Source: an uncultured Chlamydiae bacterium | Lineage (GTDB): Bacteria; Chlamydiota; Chlamydiia; Chlamydiales; JAJFMB01 | Length of the DNA stretch: 64,000 nucleotides | Direction of reading: 5' to 3' | Assembly (NCBI GenBank): GCA_963696295.1 | Contig: CAVOJR010000001.1 | Location: forward strand, 1,504,001-1,568,000 | Shown: positions 52,891 through 62,583 of the stretch, one piece after another | Numbering within the stretch: position 1 is the first letter of the stretch | Layout: each line of letters begins with the position of its first letter | The notes under the pieces: generated by a model | The model's input: the letters and a program-made list of their open reading frames with translations, nothing else | The model's database searches: none | Told to the model about the DNA's origin: nothing | Made by a program: the position numbers and the translations under genes

Positions 52891-54245
52891 AGCTCTTTCC
52901 CTACTTGTAAATAGTAAAGATAATCTCTTTTTGGAAAAAGAGCAATAAATATTTTAATTGAACGGTTCTGACGCGTTTGAAAAGGGTCTGAATTTAATGA
53001 AATAATTTTATTTGTAGGCAACAGGTATTGCTTTCTCACTTCGAGGAAAGTTGAGCGCTCTTTTTCGTGCAGCCCTTTCAGCTGATAAACAATATGTTTC
53101 ACATCTTTGACCAGCTGATACACCTCTTCCGTGCCGTTGACTTTGCAAAACATCTCTTTTCTGGCCGAGGAGGCCTCTAAGGCTTCCTTGAATTGCTTGG
53201 GGTAGAGGCTCTTGAGAATTCCGATGATCAGGTATTGAGTGGTGACCGGCTTGAAAATTTTGGGGTCGGTGATGACGATCAGCACTCCCTGGCAGTCCTT
53301 GTGGGCAAAGCGGCCGAAGAAGGGGCGGTAGTGGAATGGCTTGAAATGGACGCCCGGAAAATTTTGTTTATTGAGGTTTTGCGCAAAGAGATCGGCGTTG
53401 ATCCAGGGCGCGCCGACGACTTTGAAGGGCAGAGTGTAGCCGATGCCGATGTTGACGAGCTGCAATTCCCCTAAGATGCCGGTGGCGGGGTAGTAAAGCG
53501 CCGTCGAGGGCTCGGGCATTTGCGGGCTGGCGGGCACCCAGGTGAGTCCGGTGTCGCTGAAGCTCATCTCGCGGCGCCACCCCTCCATGGGCACCACGGT
53601 AAGGCGGCAGCCGACTTTGTATTCTCCGTTGAAGAGCTGGGCGAGCTCGCCGATCGTCATGCCATGGCAGTAGGGCACATTGAGGTAGCTCACCGGGGAG
53701 CGCCACTTCGGATCAAGCATGGGGCCGTCGATAGTCGTTCCGTTGATCGGATTGGGGCGGTCGAGCACAACCACGTGGGTGCCGCATTTAGCCGCCGTTT
53801 CCATGGCGTAAAAGAGGGTGGTGGCGTACGTATAGGACCTGGAGCCGATATCCTGGATGTCGAAGACCAGCAGGTCGATGTTTTTGAGCATTTCGGGTGT
53901 GAGGCGCTTTAAGGAGCCGTTCCCGTAGAGGCTGATGATGGGAATCCCCTCGTACCGGGCGTCTTTCACTTCCTTTTCGGCGTGGGTGGCGCCGTGAATG
54001 CCGTGCTCCGGGGCAAAGAGGGCGGCAACAGTGAAGTTGTGCTTCGCTGAGAACTCTTTTAAAACATCCACAGTCAATTGCATGTTGCTGTTGATGGCCG
54101 TGTGATTGGTGATTAAACCTACCCGTTTTTGCTTGAAGAGCGAGGCGTGGGGTTCGAGGCATTCGCTGCCCACTTTCACTTTCGGGGCCTGCGCGTGCAG
54201 GGCAAGCGCTAAGATAAAAGTAAGAAGGCAAAAGATCGTTTTCAT
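52749..54245 (-). CDS. namZ: Exo-beta-N-acetylmuramidase NamZ/YbbC (DUF1343); probable original stop at 53008-53010 is out of frame
   Basis: GLITNHT, FAPEHG, FDIQDIGSRSYTY, LDRPNP, HGMTIGELA, GIGYTLPF; signal peptide. Confidence 0.9.
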   Translation of the reverse strand: MKTIFCLLTFILALALHAQAPKVKVGSECLEPHASLFKQKRVGLITNHTAINSNMQLTVDVLKEFSAKHNFTVAALFAPEHGIHGATHAEKEVKDARYEGIPIISLYGNGSLKRLTPEMLKNIDLLVFDIQDIGSRSYTYATTLFYAMETAAKCGTHVVVLDRPNPINGTTIDGPMLDPKWRSPVSYLNVPYCHGMTIGELAQLFNGEYKVGCRLTVVPMEGWRREMSFSDTGLTWVPASPQMPEPSTALYYPATGILGELQLVNIGIGYTLPFKVVGAPWINADLFAQNLNKQNFPGVHFKPFHYRPFFGRFAHKDCQGVLIVITDPKIFKPVTTQYLIIGILKSLYPKQFKEALEASSARKEMFCKVNGTEEVYQLVKDVKHIVYQLKGLHEKERSTFLEVRKQYLLPTNKIISLNSDPFQTRQNRSIKIFIALFPKRDYLYYLQVGKELCYPEFIYFYGSYYFPGIFQLISSNAIRIALLRPLFFRERWFRTPMY

Positions 54246-54358
54246 CACCTCAAGACATTATAGGATCGCGCCAAAAAAATCCACACCTGTAATTCAAATA
54301 ATGATTGACCTGTTAACGCCAAAGAGTTTATCTTTACCTTTTGCAAGGAGAGAATGCT

Positions 54359-55680
54359 ATGCTATCTAGAGCTTGTTTGTTTTTATGGGTTTTATTACTT
54401 CCCTGGGTCCTTTCAGCTCAGGAGTGCAAGTGCGATAGTCCGAATTGTACTCTTGCGCCCACTTTTTTTCGGGGAAGGCGGTTCAAGACACCCATGTATT
54501 AAGCTGGGGTCCCAGCGCTGAATTCCCAGGTGGTTGGCTACCGGATCTTCCAAGGTAAAACCCTGGTTTCAGAAACCACAGCTCAAGAGCCGAACAAAGT
54601 AACCGTGCAGAATCGCATAGCAGGCAGGAATTACACCTACAAACTGGTTTCTTTTATAGCGGATGGAAGCGGAAAGCTGCCCGCTAATTATTACCTTGGG
54701 GCCTTCCAAGAACACAGATTATACCAAGTGTTGCAAACACCGGCAAATTTCTTTCACCGCGATCACCATTAATCCAACAGATGGCGGCACCAACGGCAAA
54801 GTCATCATCAAAGCTTCAGGGGGCACACCTCCGTATCAGTATTCCCTAGATCAAGGCGCTTTTCAATCATCGAATGTTTTCAAAGGCCTGGCTGGCGGCA
54901 CCTACAGTATTGTCATTAAAGACTGCGAGAATCGGTTCCTTTACGGAACTCGGTGACATTAGCGGGAGCCTGTGGTATTAAATCCTATTAACAATCACAC
55001 GTCCCTTAGCAATCTTGTGAACGGGCTACTAACGAAATCACCTCGAATCTACAGGAGGAAAACGCCCCCTACAGTTATTCGTTGGATGGAGGCCCTTTCC
55101 AATCATCAAATATTATTCTATAGCGAACTGCAGGCACCTACCATCTTGACGTTAAAGACAGCCGGAAATGCCACCGATCCGGACTGGCGACATTCAATGA
55201 TAGGTGCGTCAATGTTACCTATACGATTTCAAACTATCATCCAACTACGCCGGGCTGTATTAATGGCGACAATTATTTTCACTTGTCCGAATATGGAAAG
55301 GCCAATATACATATACCATTGATGAGTGTAACATTTAGTTTGCATCAGTTAATCCTGACTGGTTTCATTGGTTTGCCAGCGGACCTATATAGATTATAGA
55401 TCAAGTAAATGCATTTACAACAACCCAACGCATTGTTATTCAGGAATAGTGCCTGAAGCATGAACCTTGTCAGCTGCGGCACGACTTTGCATATCCCGGG
55501 GCTGGCTCCGGATATTGAGGATATAGCCGTGCCATCTTAATAGGGGAAATTTCCAATGCGTCTCTTTAAGTTCATGTAGCAGTACCGGCAATATTTTAGT
55601 GGCTGCTTATGGTGAGAGCTTTGAGGCAGTGAACCCTGAACGGATTGCCTAAGGGCAGGCGACGAGCGTCGAGGAACCTT
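54359..55680 (+). pseudogene. Degenerate tandem duplicate of the short SprB-repeat gene plus the putA 5' end
   Basis: Near-identical to 55903-56520 up to ~54960, then increasingly indel-rich; ends with a noisy match to the putA start (GAGCGTCGAGGA at ~55665 vs ~57098). Confidence 0.75.
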
Positions 55681-55902
55681 TTTGCGCATTAAACGGCCGC
55701 CTTCGGAGGGCTTCACTTGGAGTTAATCGAATGCCTTCCGGTAGGGTTATGGTACGCCTTAAGAGCCAGCGCCTACAAGCTGAACCGTTGAGGGGCGCAT
55801 CGTTATCTTGTCCTCCTCCCCGCTTTAAGGTCAGAATTAAAATATTGATTGCCCTTTTTTCCAAAAAGAGTTTATCTTTATCTTTTGCAAGGAGAGAATG
55901 CT

Positions 55903-56959
55903 ATGCTATCTAGAGCTTATTTGTTTTTATGGGTCTTATTACTTCCCTGGGTCCTTTCAGCTCAGGATAATCAATTCAAGTGCGACAGTCCGAATTGTTC
56001 CATTGCGCCGGCTTTTTTTTCAGGGAAGGTGGTTCAAGACACCCATGTATTAAGCTGGGGTCCCAGCGCGAATTCCCAGGTGGTTGGCTACCGGATCTTC
56101 CAAGGTAAAATCCTGGTTTCAGAAACCACAGCTCAAGAGCCGAACAAAGTAACCGTGCAGAATCGCATAGCAGGCAGGAATTACACCTACAAACTGGTTT
56201 CTTTTATAGCGGATGGAACGGAAAGCTGCCCGCTAATTATTACCTTGGGGCCTTCCAAGAACACAGATTATACCAAGTGTTGCAAGCACCGGCAAATTTC
56301 TTTCACCGCGATCACCATTAATCCAACAGATGGCGGCACCAACGGCAAAGTCATCATCAAAGCTTCAGGGGGCATACCTCCATATCAGTATTCCCTAAAT
56401 CAAGGCGCTTTTCAATCATCCCATGTTTTCAAAGGTCTGGCCGGAGGAACCTATAGTGTTGTCATTAAAGACTGCGAGAATCGCTACCTTTACGGCACGG
56501 TGACATTAGAACGGGAGCCTGTGATATTAACATCATATTAACAATCACTCCTACTAAATGCGGCACCTTCGACATCACCTCGAACCTACAGGAGGCACGC
56601 CTCCATATAGTTATTCGTTAGATGGAGGCCCTTTCCAATCATCAAATATGTTCATAACGAATCCAGGTACTCACCATATTACAGTTAAAGACAGCCGGAA
56701 TTGCACCGAGACTGGAACATTCACTATAAGTGAATTTACATATACGTTTACTAATCCAACTACGCCGAACTGTAATAATGGCACAATTACCTTCACTTCT
56801 CCGCTTGGCAGCCCACCATATTTTTATAATATTGGTGTTGGGTTTTTTTCTAACCCTCATTTCACCGGATTGAAAGCGGGCACATATGATTTAGAGATTT
56901 TGGATAAAAATACTGGTTGCAAGTCAGAAAAAGTCTCTTTAACATTAACTTGTCCGTAG
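55903..56959 (+). pseudogene. Short FN3-like + SprB-repeat paralog with frameshifts near 56510 and 56580
   Basis: First ~205 aa nearly identical to the N-terminus of the 52890 gene; continues in another frame as GGTPPYSYSLDGG and GSPPYFYNIG repeats. Confidence 0.78.
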
Positions 56960-57032
56960 CAAACTTTGGCATCTGCTGGGCTGGCTCCGGAATTGGGGAT
57001 CTGATTTAATAGGGGAAATTCCGGGTTTTATC

Positions 57033-60000
57033 ATGCAGCAGTCCCAATATATGGCGAGAGCGAGGCAGTGCCTGAAGGATGCCGAAGGGCGGGCGATGAG
57101 CGTCGAGGAGCGGCGGGAGGCGGCCATTCAGCTGGCGGCGTGCATGCTGAGGGAGGCGCGCCGCATAGAGTCTGAGGCCGAAAGGGCGGCGCAAGGGGAG
57201 ATTGCCGGAATGATCCGCGATCTCCGCGGCAAAGCCTTTACGATTTGTCTGACCGATCAATGCTTCCGGTCCAGGAACGCGGCGCGCGTAGCCGATCAAA
57301 TGATCTTCCTTTTACATAAATTCGGCATTCCTAAGTTCGTCTCTTTTGATAAGCGCCTGGAACTGATGGCGTTCCGCACCTTCGGCAGAATGGGTGCGGG
57401 TGTCATGGTGCCTTTGGCCAAGAAGATGCTGAGGCGGCAAACCCGTCAGGTGATTTTGCCGGGAGAGCAGAGGGCCTTGAACCGGCATATCGAAAAAAGG
57501 CAAAGGGAGGGGGTGCGCGTCAATCTGAACCGCCTGGGGGAAGCGATCCTGGGCGAGGCGGAAGCCAAAAGGCGCCTTGATCTCTATCTGGAGGATTTGC
57601 GGAATCCAAAAATCGATTATATTTCGGTGAAAATTTCTACGCTGTTCAGCCAGCTGAACTTGCTGGCATGGGATCATACGCTCGAGATTTTAGCCGGACG
57701 CTACCGCACCCTTTTGCGCCAAAATAAATTTATCAATCTCGATATGGAGGAGTACCGCGATCTCCATCTGACGGTGGCGCTTTTCAAAAAAGTGTTGGAA
57801 GAGCCTGAATTTTTCCAGTGCCGGGCCGGCATCGTGCTGCAAAGCTATCTGCCCGACTCCTATCTGATCCAGCAGGAGCTGACGATCTTTGCGATGCAGC
57901 GGGTGGTGAATGGGGGCGCGCCGGTCAAAATCCGCCTGGTGAAAGGAGCTAACCTCGCTATGGAGAAGGTGGAAGCATCGCTTCGCAACTGGCCGCAGGC
58001 GCCCTACGATGAGAAGGTGGATGTCGACGCAAATTACAAAAGAATGCTCGGCTACGCCTTGGAGCCGGAGCACGCAGAGGCGGCGCACATCGGCGTGGCC
58101 AGCCACAATCTCTTCGATATCGCCTACGCTTTTTTATTGCGGTCGGAGAAGGGGGTGGAGAAGTTTGTCGAATTCGAGATGCTCGAGGGGATGGCAGGGC
58201 CCATTCAGCGGGTGGTGCAGGAGCTTTCCCAGGGGATGCTGCTTTATTGCCCGGCGGCCACTGATGAGGAGTTTCAGTATGCCATGGCCTATCTGGTGCG
58301 CCGCCTGGATGAAAACACGGCTCCCGATAACTTTTTGCGATATGCCTTTGATCTGCAGCCGGACACGCATGAGTGGTATCAGCAGACCAGCCTCTTCTCT
58401 GAGGCCTGTCACCGGATAAGAAATGTCAGCTCCGCGCCGCGCCGTGTCCAAAAGAGGGCCTTATTCCCCTTTTCAGGCAGAATTTCGACCGGTCGAGAGG
58501 GGGCAGATATTGGAATTTCCGAGGAGAAAAGCGCAATAGATGATCACGGTCGAAAGGAAAAGAGAGTGGAACCGGAGCTCTTCTCTCCTTTTGAAAATGA
58601 ACCTGATACTGATTGGACGCTCTTTCAGAACCGGAAATGGGCGGAAGAGATTTTGGAATGGCAGGGGAAAACCGACCAAATCCCCGTGTGTATCGCAGGC
58701 GAGGAAGTTTTGACGAAGCAGGTAAAGGCCGGCTTCGACCCCTCTACCGGAAAAGAGCTCTACTGCGCTTCTTTGGCTGATCAGGACCTGGTGGAGAGGG
58801 CCCTCGTTTGCGCGAAAGAGGAGGAGCCGGTCGCCGCCAAAAGCTCTTTGGCGGAGCGGGCGGTGCTGATGGCCCACGCGGCAGAGGCTATTCGGCAGAA
58901 GCGGAATGACCTGATCGGCGCCATGATCGCCGACGGGGGCAAAACTATTTTTGAAGCGGATATCGAAGCGACCGAAGCGATCGATTTTCTAGAGTATTAC
59001 TACCGGAATCTCAAAGAGTGGCTGGCCCATGACGATATCGAGTGGCGTCCGAAGGGGACTGTGCTGGTCGCGCCGCCCTGGAACTTCCCCTGCTCGATTC
59101 CGGCGGGGTGTATCGCGGCGGCTTTGGCCGGGGGAAACAGCGTGATTTTTAAACCGGCGCCCGAGACGGTTCTCGTAGGCTTTGTCCTGGCCCAAATTTT
59201 TTGGGAAGCGGGCGTCAGCAGACGGCGGCTGCAGTTTTTGACCGGAGAAGATGAGACGGCCGGCACCCTTTTAATCAAAGATCCGCGGGTCGATCTGGTG
59301 GTCCTGACGGGGGGCACCGAAACGGCCAGGATGATGACGCGCCTGCGGCCGGGCCTCGATCTGATCGGCGAGACGGGGGGAAAGAACGCGATGATTATCA
59401 CGCGCCTCTCCGACCGGGACCTTGCGGTGCGCGATCTGGTGCAGTCGGCCTTTGGCCACGCCGGACAGAAGTGCAGCGCCTGCAGTCTCGCTATTTTAGA
59501 AGCCGAAGTGTATGACAGCCTAGACTTTCGCGAGGCGCTCAAGGATGCCGCCGCGAGCCTGCCGGCCGGATCGGCCTGGGATTTTACCACTAAGATTAAT
59601 CCGCTGATCAAAGCGCCCGAAGGAAAGCTGCTGCGCGCTTTAACCATTCTGGAGGAAGGGGAGGAGTGGCTGCTGAAACCGGTGGCGGACTCCAAGAACC
59701 CAAACCTCTGGAGCCCCGGCATCAAACTCGGCGTCAAAGCAGGCTCGTTTACCCACCAAAATGAGCTGTTCGGGCCGGTGTTGGGGGTGATGCGGGCCGA
59801 TAATCTGGCGCATGCCCTGCAACTGGCCAATGGAACCGCGTACGGCCTGACGTCGGGCCTCCACTCGCTCGATGAGCGGGAGCAGAGGGAGTGGATGCAA
59901 AAAATTGAAGCGGGCAACGGCTATATCAACCGGGGCATGACGGGGGCGATCGTCGGGCGGCAGCCCTTTGGCGGATGCAAGGCGAGCAGCTTCGGCTTTG

Positions 60001-60626
60001 GAGCGAAGGCCGGCGGCCCGAACTATTTGACCGAATTCATGCATGCCAGACAAATTTCTCTGCCGGCTCAGGAGCTGGAACCGGTGAAAGCGGTGAGCCT
60101 TCTGACGCGCTATATACCGGCAAATGAGCTCGATGTCTGGCGGGTAAGTGTGGCCAATTACGCCTACTACTATGCCCAGGTGTTTAGCCGGGATAATTAT
60201 TTAAGCCGTTTGACCGGCCAGGATAATTTCTTGCGCTATCTTCCCCGCAAAAAAAGTTGTCTTAGAATCAATAAAGGGGATGAATTAATCGACGGGTTGC
60301 GTATAATTGCTGCAGCCCTGACTTGCGGCGCGCCGCTTGAGGTGAGCAGCGAGGCTCCTTTGGGAATCCAAGAGGAGCTGCACGGGATCTCCTTTGTCCA
60401 GGAGACGGAAGCGGCGCTGATCGGCCGCCTTGGGGAGATCAGGCGGCTCCGGATGATTTCCGCGCCCTCGGCCGGGCTGCTGGCCGCGGCGGCGGAAAAG
60501 ATATCGCTAAAACCGGTGCTGGCCAATGGGCGGCTCGAGCTGCTCAACTATTTGCAAGAGGCGGCTTTCAGTGTCGACTACCACCGGTATGGCAATTTAG
60601 GCGAAGGATTTGACAGATGTTATTAG
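57033..60626 (+). CDS. putA: Bifunctional proline dehydrogenase / P5C dehydrogenase
   Basis: NLDMEEY, IRLVKGAN, ASHNLFD, YLVRRLDEN, PWNFP, ETGGKN, GQKCSA, ELFGP. Confidence 0.95.
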   Translation: MQQSQYMARARQCLKDAEGRAMSVEERREAAIQLAACMLREARRIESEAERAAQGEIAGMIRDLRGKAFTICLTDQCFRSRNAARVADQMIFLLHKFGIPKFVSFDKRLELMAFRTFGRMGAGVMVPLAKKMLRRQTRQVILPGEQRALNRHIEKRQREGVRVNLNRLGEAILGEAEAKRRLDLYLEDLRNPKIDYISVKISTLFSQLNLLAWDHTLEILAGRYRTLLRQNKFINLDMEEYRDLHLTVALFKKVLEEPEFFQCRAGIVLQSYLPDSYLIQQELTIFAMQRVVNGGAPVKIRLVKGANLAMEKVEASLRNWPQAPYDEKVDVDANYKRMLGYALEPEHAEAAHIGVASHNLFDIAYAFLLRSEKGVEKFVEFEMLEGMAGPIQRVVQELSQGMLLYCPAATDEEFQYAMAYLVRRLDENTAPDNFLRYAFDLQPDTHEWYQQTSLFSEACHRIRNVSSAPRRVQKRALFPFSGRISTGREGADIGISEEKSAIDDHGRKEKRVEPELFSPFENEPDTDWTLFQNRKWAEEILEWQGKTDQIPVCIAGEEVLTKQVKAGFDPSTGKELYCASLADQDLVERALVCAKEEEPVAAKSSLAERAVLMAHAAEAIRQKRNDLIGAMIADGGKTIFEADIEATEAIDFLEYYYRNLKEWLAHDDIEWRPKGTVLVAPPWNFPCSIPAGCIAAALAGGNSVIFKPAPETVLVGFVLAQIFWEAGVSRRRLQFLTGEDETAGTLLIKDPRVDLVVLTGGTETARMMTRLRPGLDLIGETGGKNAMIITRLSDRDLAVRDLVQSAFGHAGQKCSACSLAILEAEVYDSLDFREALKDAAASLPAGSAWDFTTKINPLIKAPEGKLLRALTILEEGEEWLLKPVADSKNPNLWSPGIKLGVKAGSFTHQNELFGPVLGVMRADNLAHALQLANGTAYGLTSGLHSLDEREQREWMQKIEAGNGYINRGMTGAIVGRQPFGGCKASSFGFGAKAGGPNYLTEFMHARQISLPAQELEPVKAVSLLTRYIPANELDVWRVSVANYAYYYAQVFSRDNYLSRLTGQDNFLRYLPRKKSCLRINKGDELIDGLRIIAAALTCGAPLEVSSEAPLGIQEELHGISFVQETEAALIGRLGEIRRLRMISAPSAGLLAAAAEKISLKPVLANGRLELLNYLQEAAFSVDYHRYGNLGEGFDRCY

Positions 60627-62515
60627 AAGAACTCAATGTAGAACAACAAGAAGCTGTGACTAAAGTCAACGGACCTATGCTGGTGCTGGCCGGCGCCGGC
60701 TCGGGGAAAACGCGCGTGGTGACTTACCGCATCGCCCACCTGATCGATCAGGGGGTGCCACCCGGTAAAATCTTGGGCCTCACCTTCACCAATAAGGCGG
60801 CGCGCGAGATGAAAGAGCGGGTGATGGCGCTGACTCACAGCCATGTGCTGATCTGCACTTTCCATAGCCTTGGCGCGCGCATCTTGCGCGAATGGGCCGA
60901 GGTGCTCGGCTATCCTCCGAATTTCACCATCTACGACGACCAGGATACCGATAAGCTGATCAAGAATTGCCTGCTGGAGCTTTACCCCGAGGAGAAAAAA
61001 CTCGATCCCAAGGCCTTTAAGGGGATGATTTCAAAAGCCAAAAACGCCATGCAGATGCCGGATGAAGTCGATACGAGGGAGCTTAACACGCGGCAGGAGT
61101 CTTATTTTCCAAGAGTGTACGAAGTGTATCAGGAAAAACTTTTGGCTTATGGCGCGCTCGATTTTGACGACCTGCTCTTTTTGACGGTGCGCCTCCTGCG
61201 CGAGCACCCAAATGTTCTCGAGCTTTGCCAAAACCGCTGGTCCCACCTTTTGGTGGATGAGTACCAGGACACGAATGCCGCTCAATACGCCCTGATCACC
61301 TATCTGGCGGGCCAAAGCCGCAATATCTGCGTGGTCGGCGATCCCGATCAGTCGATCTACTCCTGGCGCGGGGCGAACATCCACAACATCCTCCATTTTG
61401 AGAAGGATTATCCCGGCACGCAAGTGATCCGGCTCGAGAGAAACTACCGCAGCCGCTCAAATATCCTTGAGGCGGCCAACTCTTTGATTTTGAATAATGA
61501 CCAGCGCATTGATAAACGCCTTTGGAGCGAACTTGGCCCGGGGGAAAAGATCAAATGCCACACCGCCTATAACGAAAGGGACGAAGCCGCCTATATCGCC
61601 GAGCAGATCCGCTACCACCATGATTATCAGGGGATTCCTTTGAGCGACATGGTGATTTTTTACCGCACCAACGCCCAGTCGCGGGTGTTTGAGGATGAAC
61701 TGCCCTACCAAAAGATCCCCTATATCATCGTCGGGGGGATCTCCTTTTATCAAAGGCGGGAAATCAAAGATATTCTGGCTTATCTTCGCATGGTGCAATC
61801 GGATGCCGATTTCATCTCCTTCTCCCGCACCATCAACCTGCCCAAGCGGGGGATTGGCGGGGCGAGCATCGAAAAACTGCGCCAGCGGGCCGAGGCGGAC
61901 GGCGTGCCGATCTTGCACTATTGCCGAAACTCCCCCATTCAGCTGCCCGCCCGGCAGCAAAAGGGGCTGCAGGAGTATGTGGAACTAATCATGGACTTGC
62001 GCCGCCACAAAGGGCAGATCGGCAAACTCGTGCAGAAAACCATCGAAGATAGCCATTATCTCAGCTTTTTGACCGAAGAGCCGGACAGTTTCGACGAACG
62101 GAAGGAGAACCTCGACGCCCTGATCGCCAAGGCGATGGAGTGGGAGGCTTCCACGGAAGGGCCGACGCTGGACGCCTTCCTGGAGGAGCTCGCCCTCAAG
62201 TCGGGCACCGACGAAATGAAAGAGGGGGAGGACCGCGTCAATTTGATGACCCTGCATAACGGCAAGGGCCTGGAGTTCACCGTGACCTTTCTCGCCGGCA
62301 TGGAGGAGGATCTCCTGCCCCATGTCAATTCCAGGGGCAGCCAGGAGGCCTTAGAGGAGGAGCGGCGCCTCTGCTACGTCGGCATGACGCGCGCCAAAGA
62401 GGTACTCTATCTGATCAACTGCGAACAGCGGTTCATCTGGGGCATGCAGCGCTCCCAGCGCCCCAGCCGCTTCCTGAAAGAGGTGCCCTACAAGCTCAAA
62501 GAGATCGTGTACTGA
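60617..62515 (+). CDS. uvrD: UvrD/PcrA DNA helicase
   Basis: AGAGSGKT, TFTNKAA, VDEYQDTN, GDPDQSIYSWRGA, NYRS, TLHNGKGLEF, EEERRLCYVGMTRA. Confidence 0.95.
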   Translation: MLLEELNVEQQEAVTKVNGPMLVLAGAGSGKTRVVTYRIAHLIDQGVPPGKILGLTFTNKAAREMKERVMALTHSHVLICTFHSLGARILREWAEVLGYPPNFTIYDDQDTDKLIKNCLLELYPEEKKLDPKAFKGMISKAKNAMQMPDEVDTRELNTRQESYFPRVYEVYQEKLLAYGALDFDDLLFLTVRLLREHPNVLELCQNRWSHLLVDEYQDTNAAQYALITYLAGQSRNICVVGDPDQSIYSWRGANIHNILHFEKDYPGTQVIRLERNYRSRSNILEAANSLILNNDQRIDKRLWSELGPGEKIKCHTAYNERDEAAYIAEQIRYHHDYQGIPLSDMVIFYRTNAQSRVFEDELPYQKIPYIIVGGISFYQRREIKDILAYLRMVQSDADFISFSRTINLPKRGIGGASIEKLRQRAEADGVPILHYCRNSPIQLPARQQKGLQEYVELIMDLRRHKGQIGKLVQKTIEDSHYLSFLTEEPDSFDERKENLDALIAKAMEWEASTEGPTLDAFLEELALKSGTDEMKEGEDRVNLMTLHNGKGLEFTVTFLAGMEEDLLPHVNSRGSQEALEEERRLCYVGMTRAKEVLYLINCEQRFIWGMQRSQRPSRFLKEVPYKLKEIVY

Positions 62516-62583
62516 ACATTTGTAAAATTCCATTTTTACATATTATCTTTAATTTTAAAATCAGCTGCGCTACCTTGGTGCCT

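Noticed and set aside
24401..54245. Prophage or integrative element as the explanation for the island
   Set aside because: No integrase, phage structural or conjugation genes recognised; only a decayed ISAs1 fragment
59000..59917. 305-aa antisense ORF in putA and many similar antisense ORFs in GC-rich genes
   Set aside because: Shadow frames of well-conserved genes with no recognisable motifs
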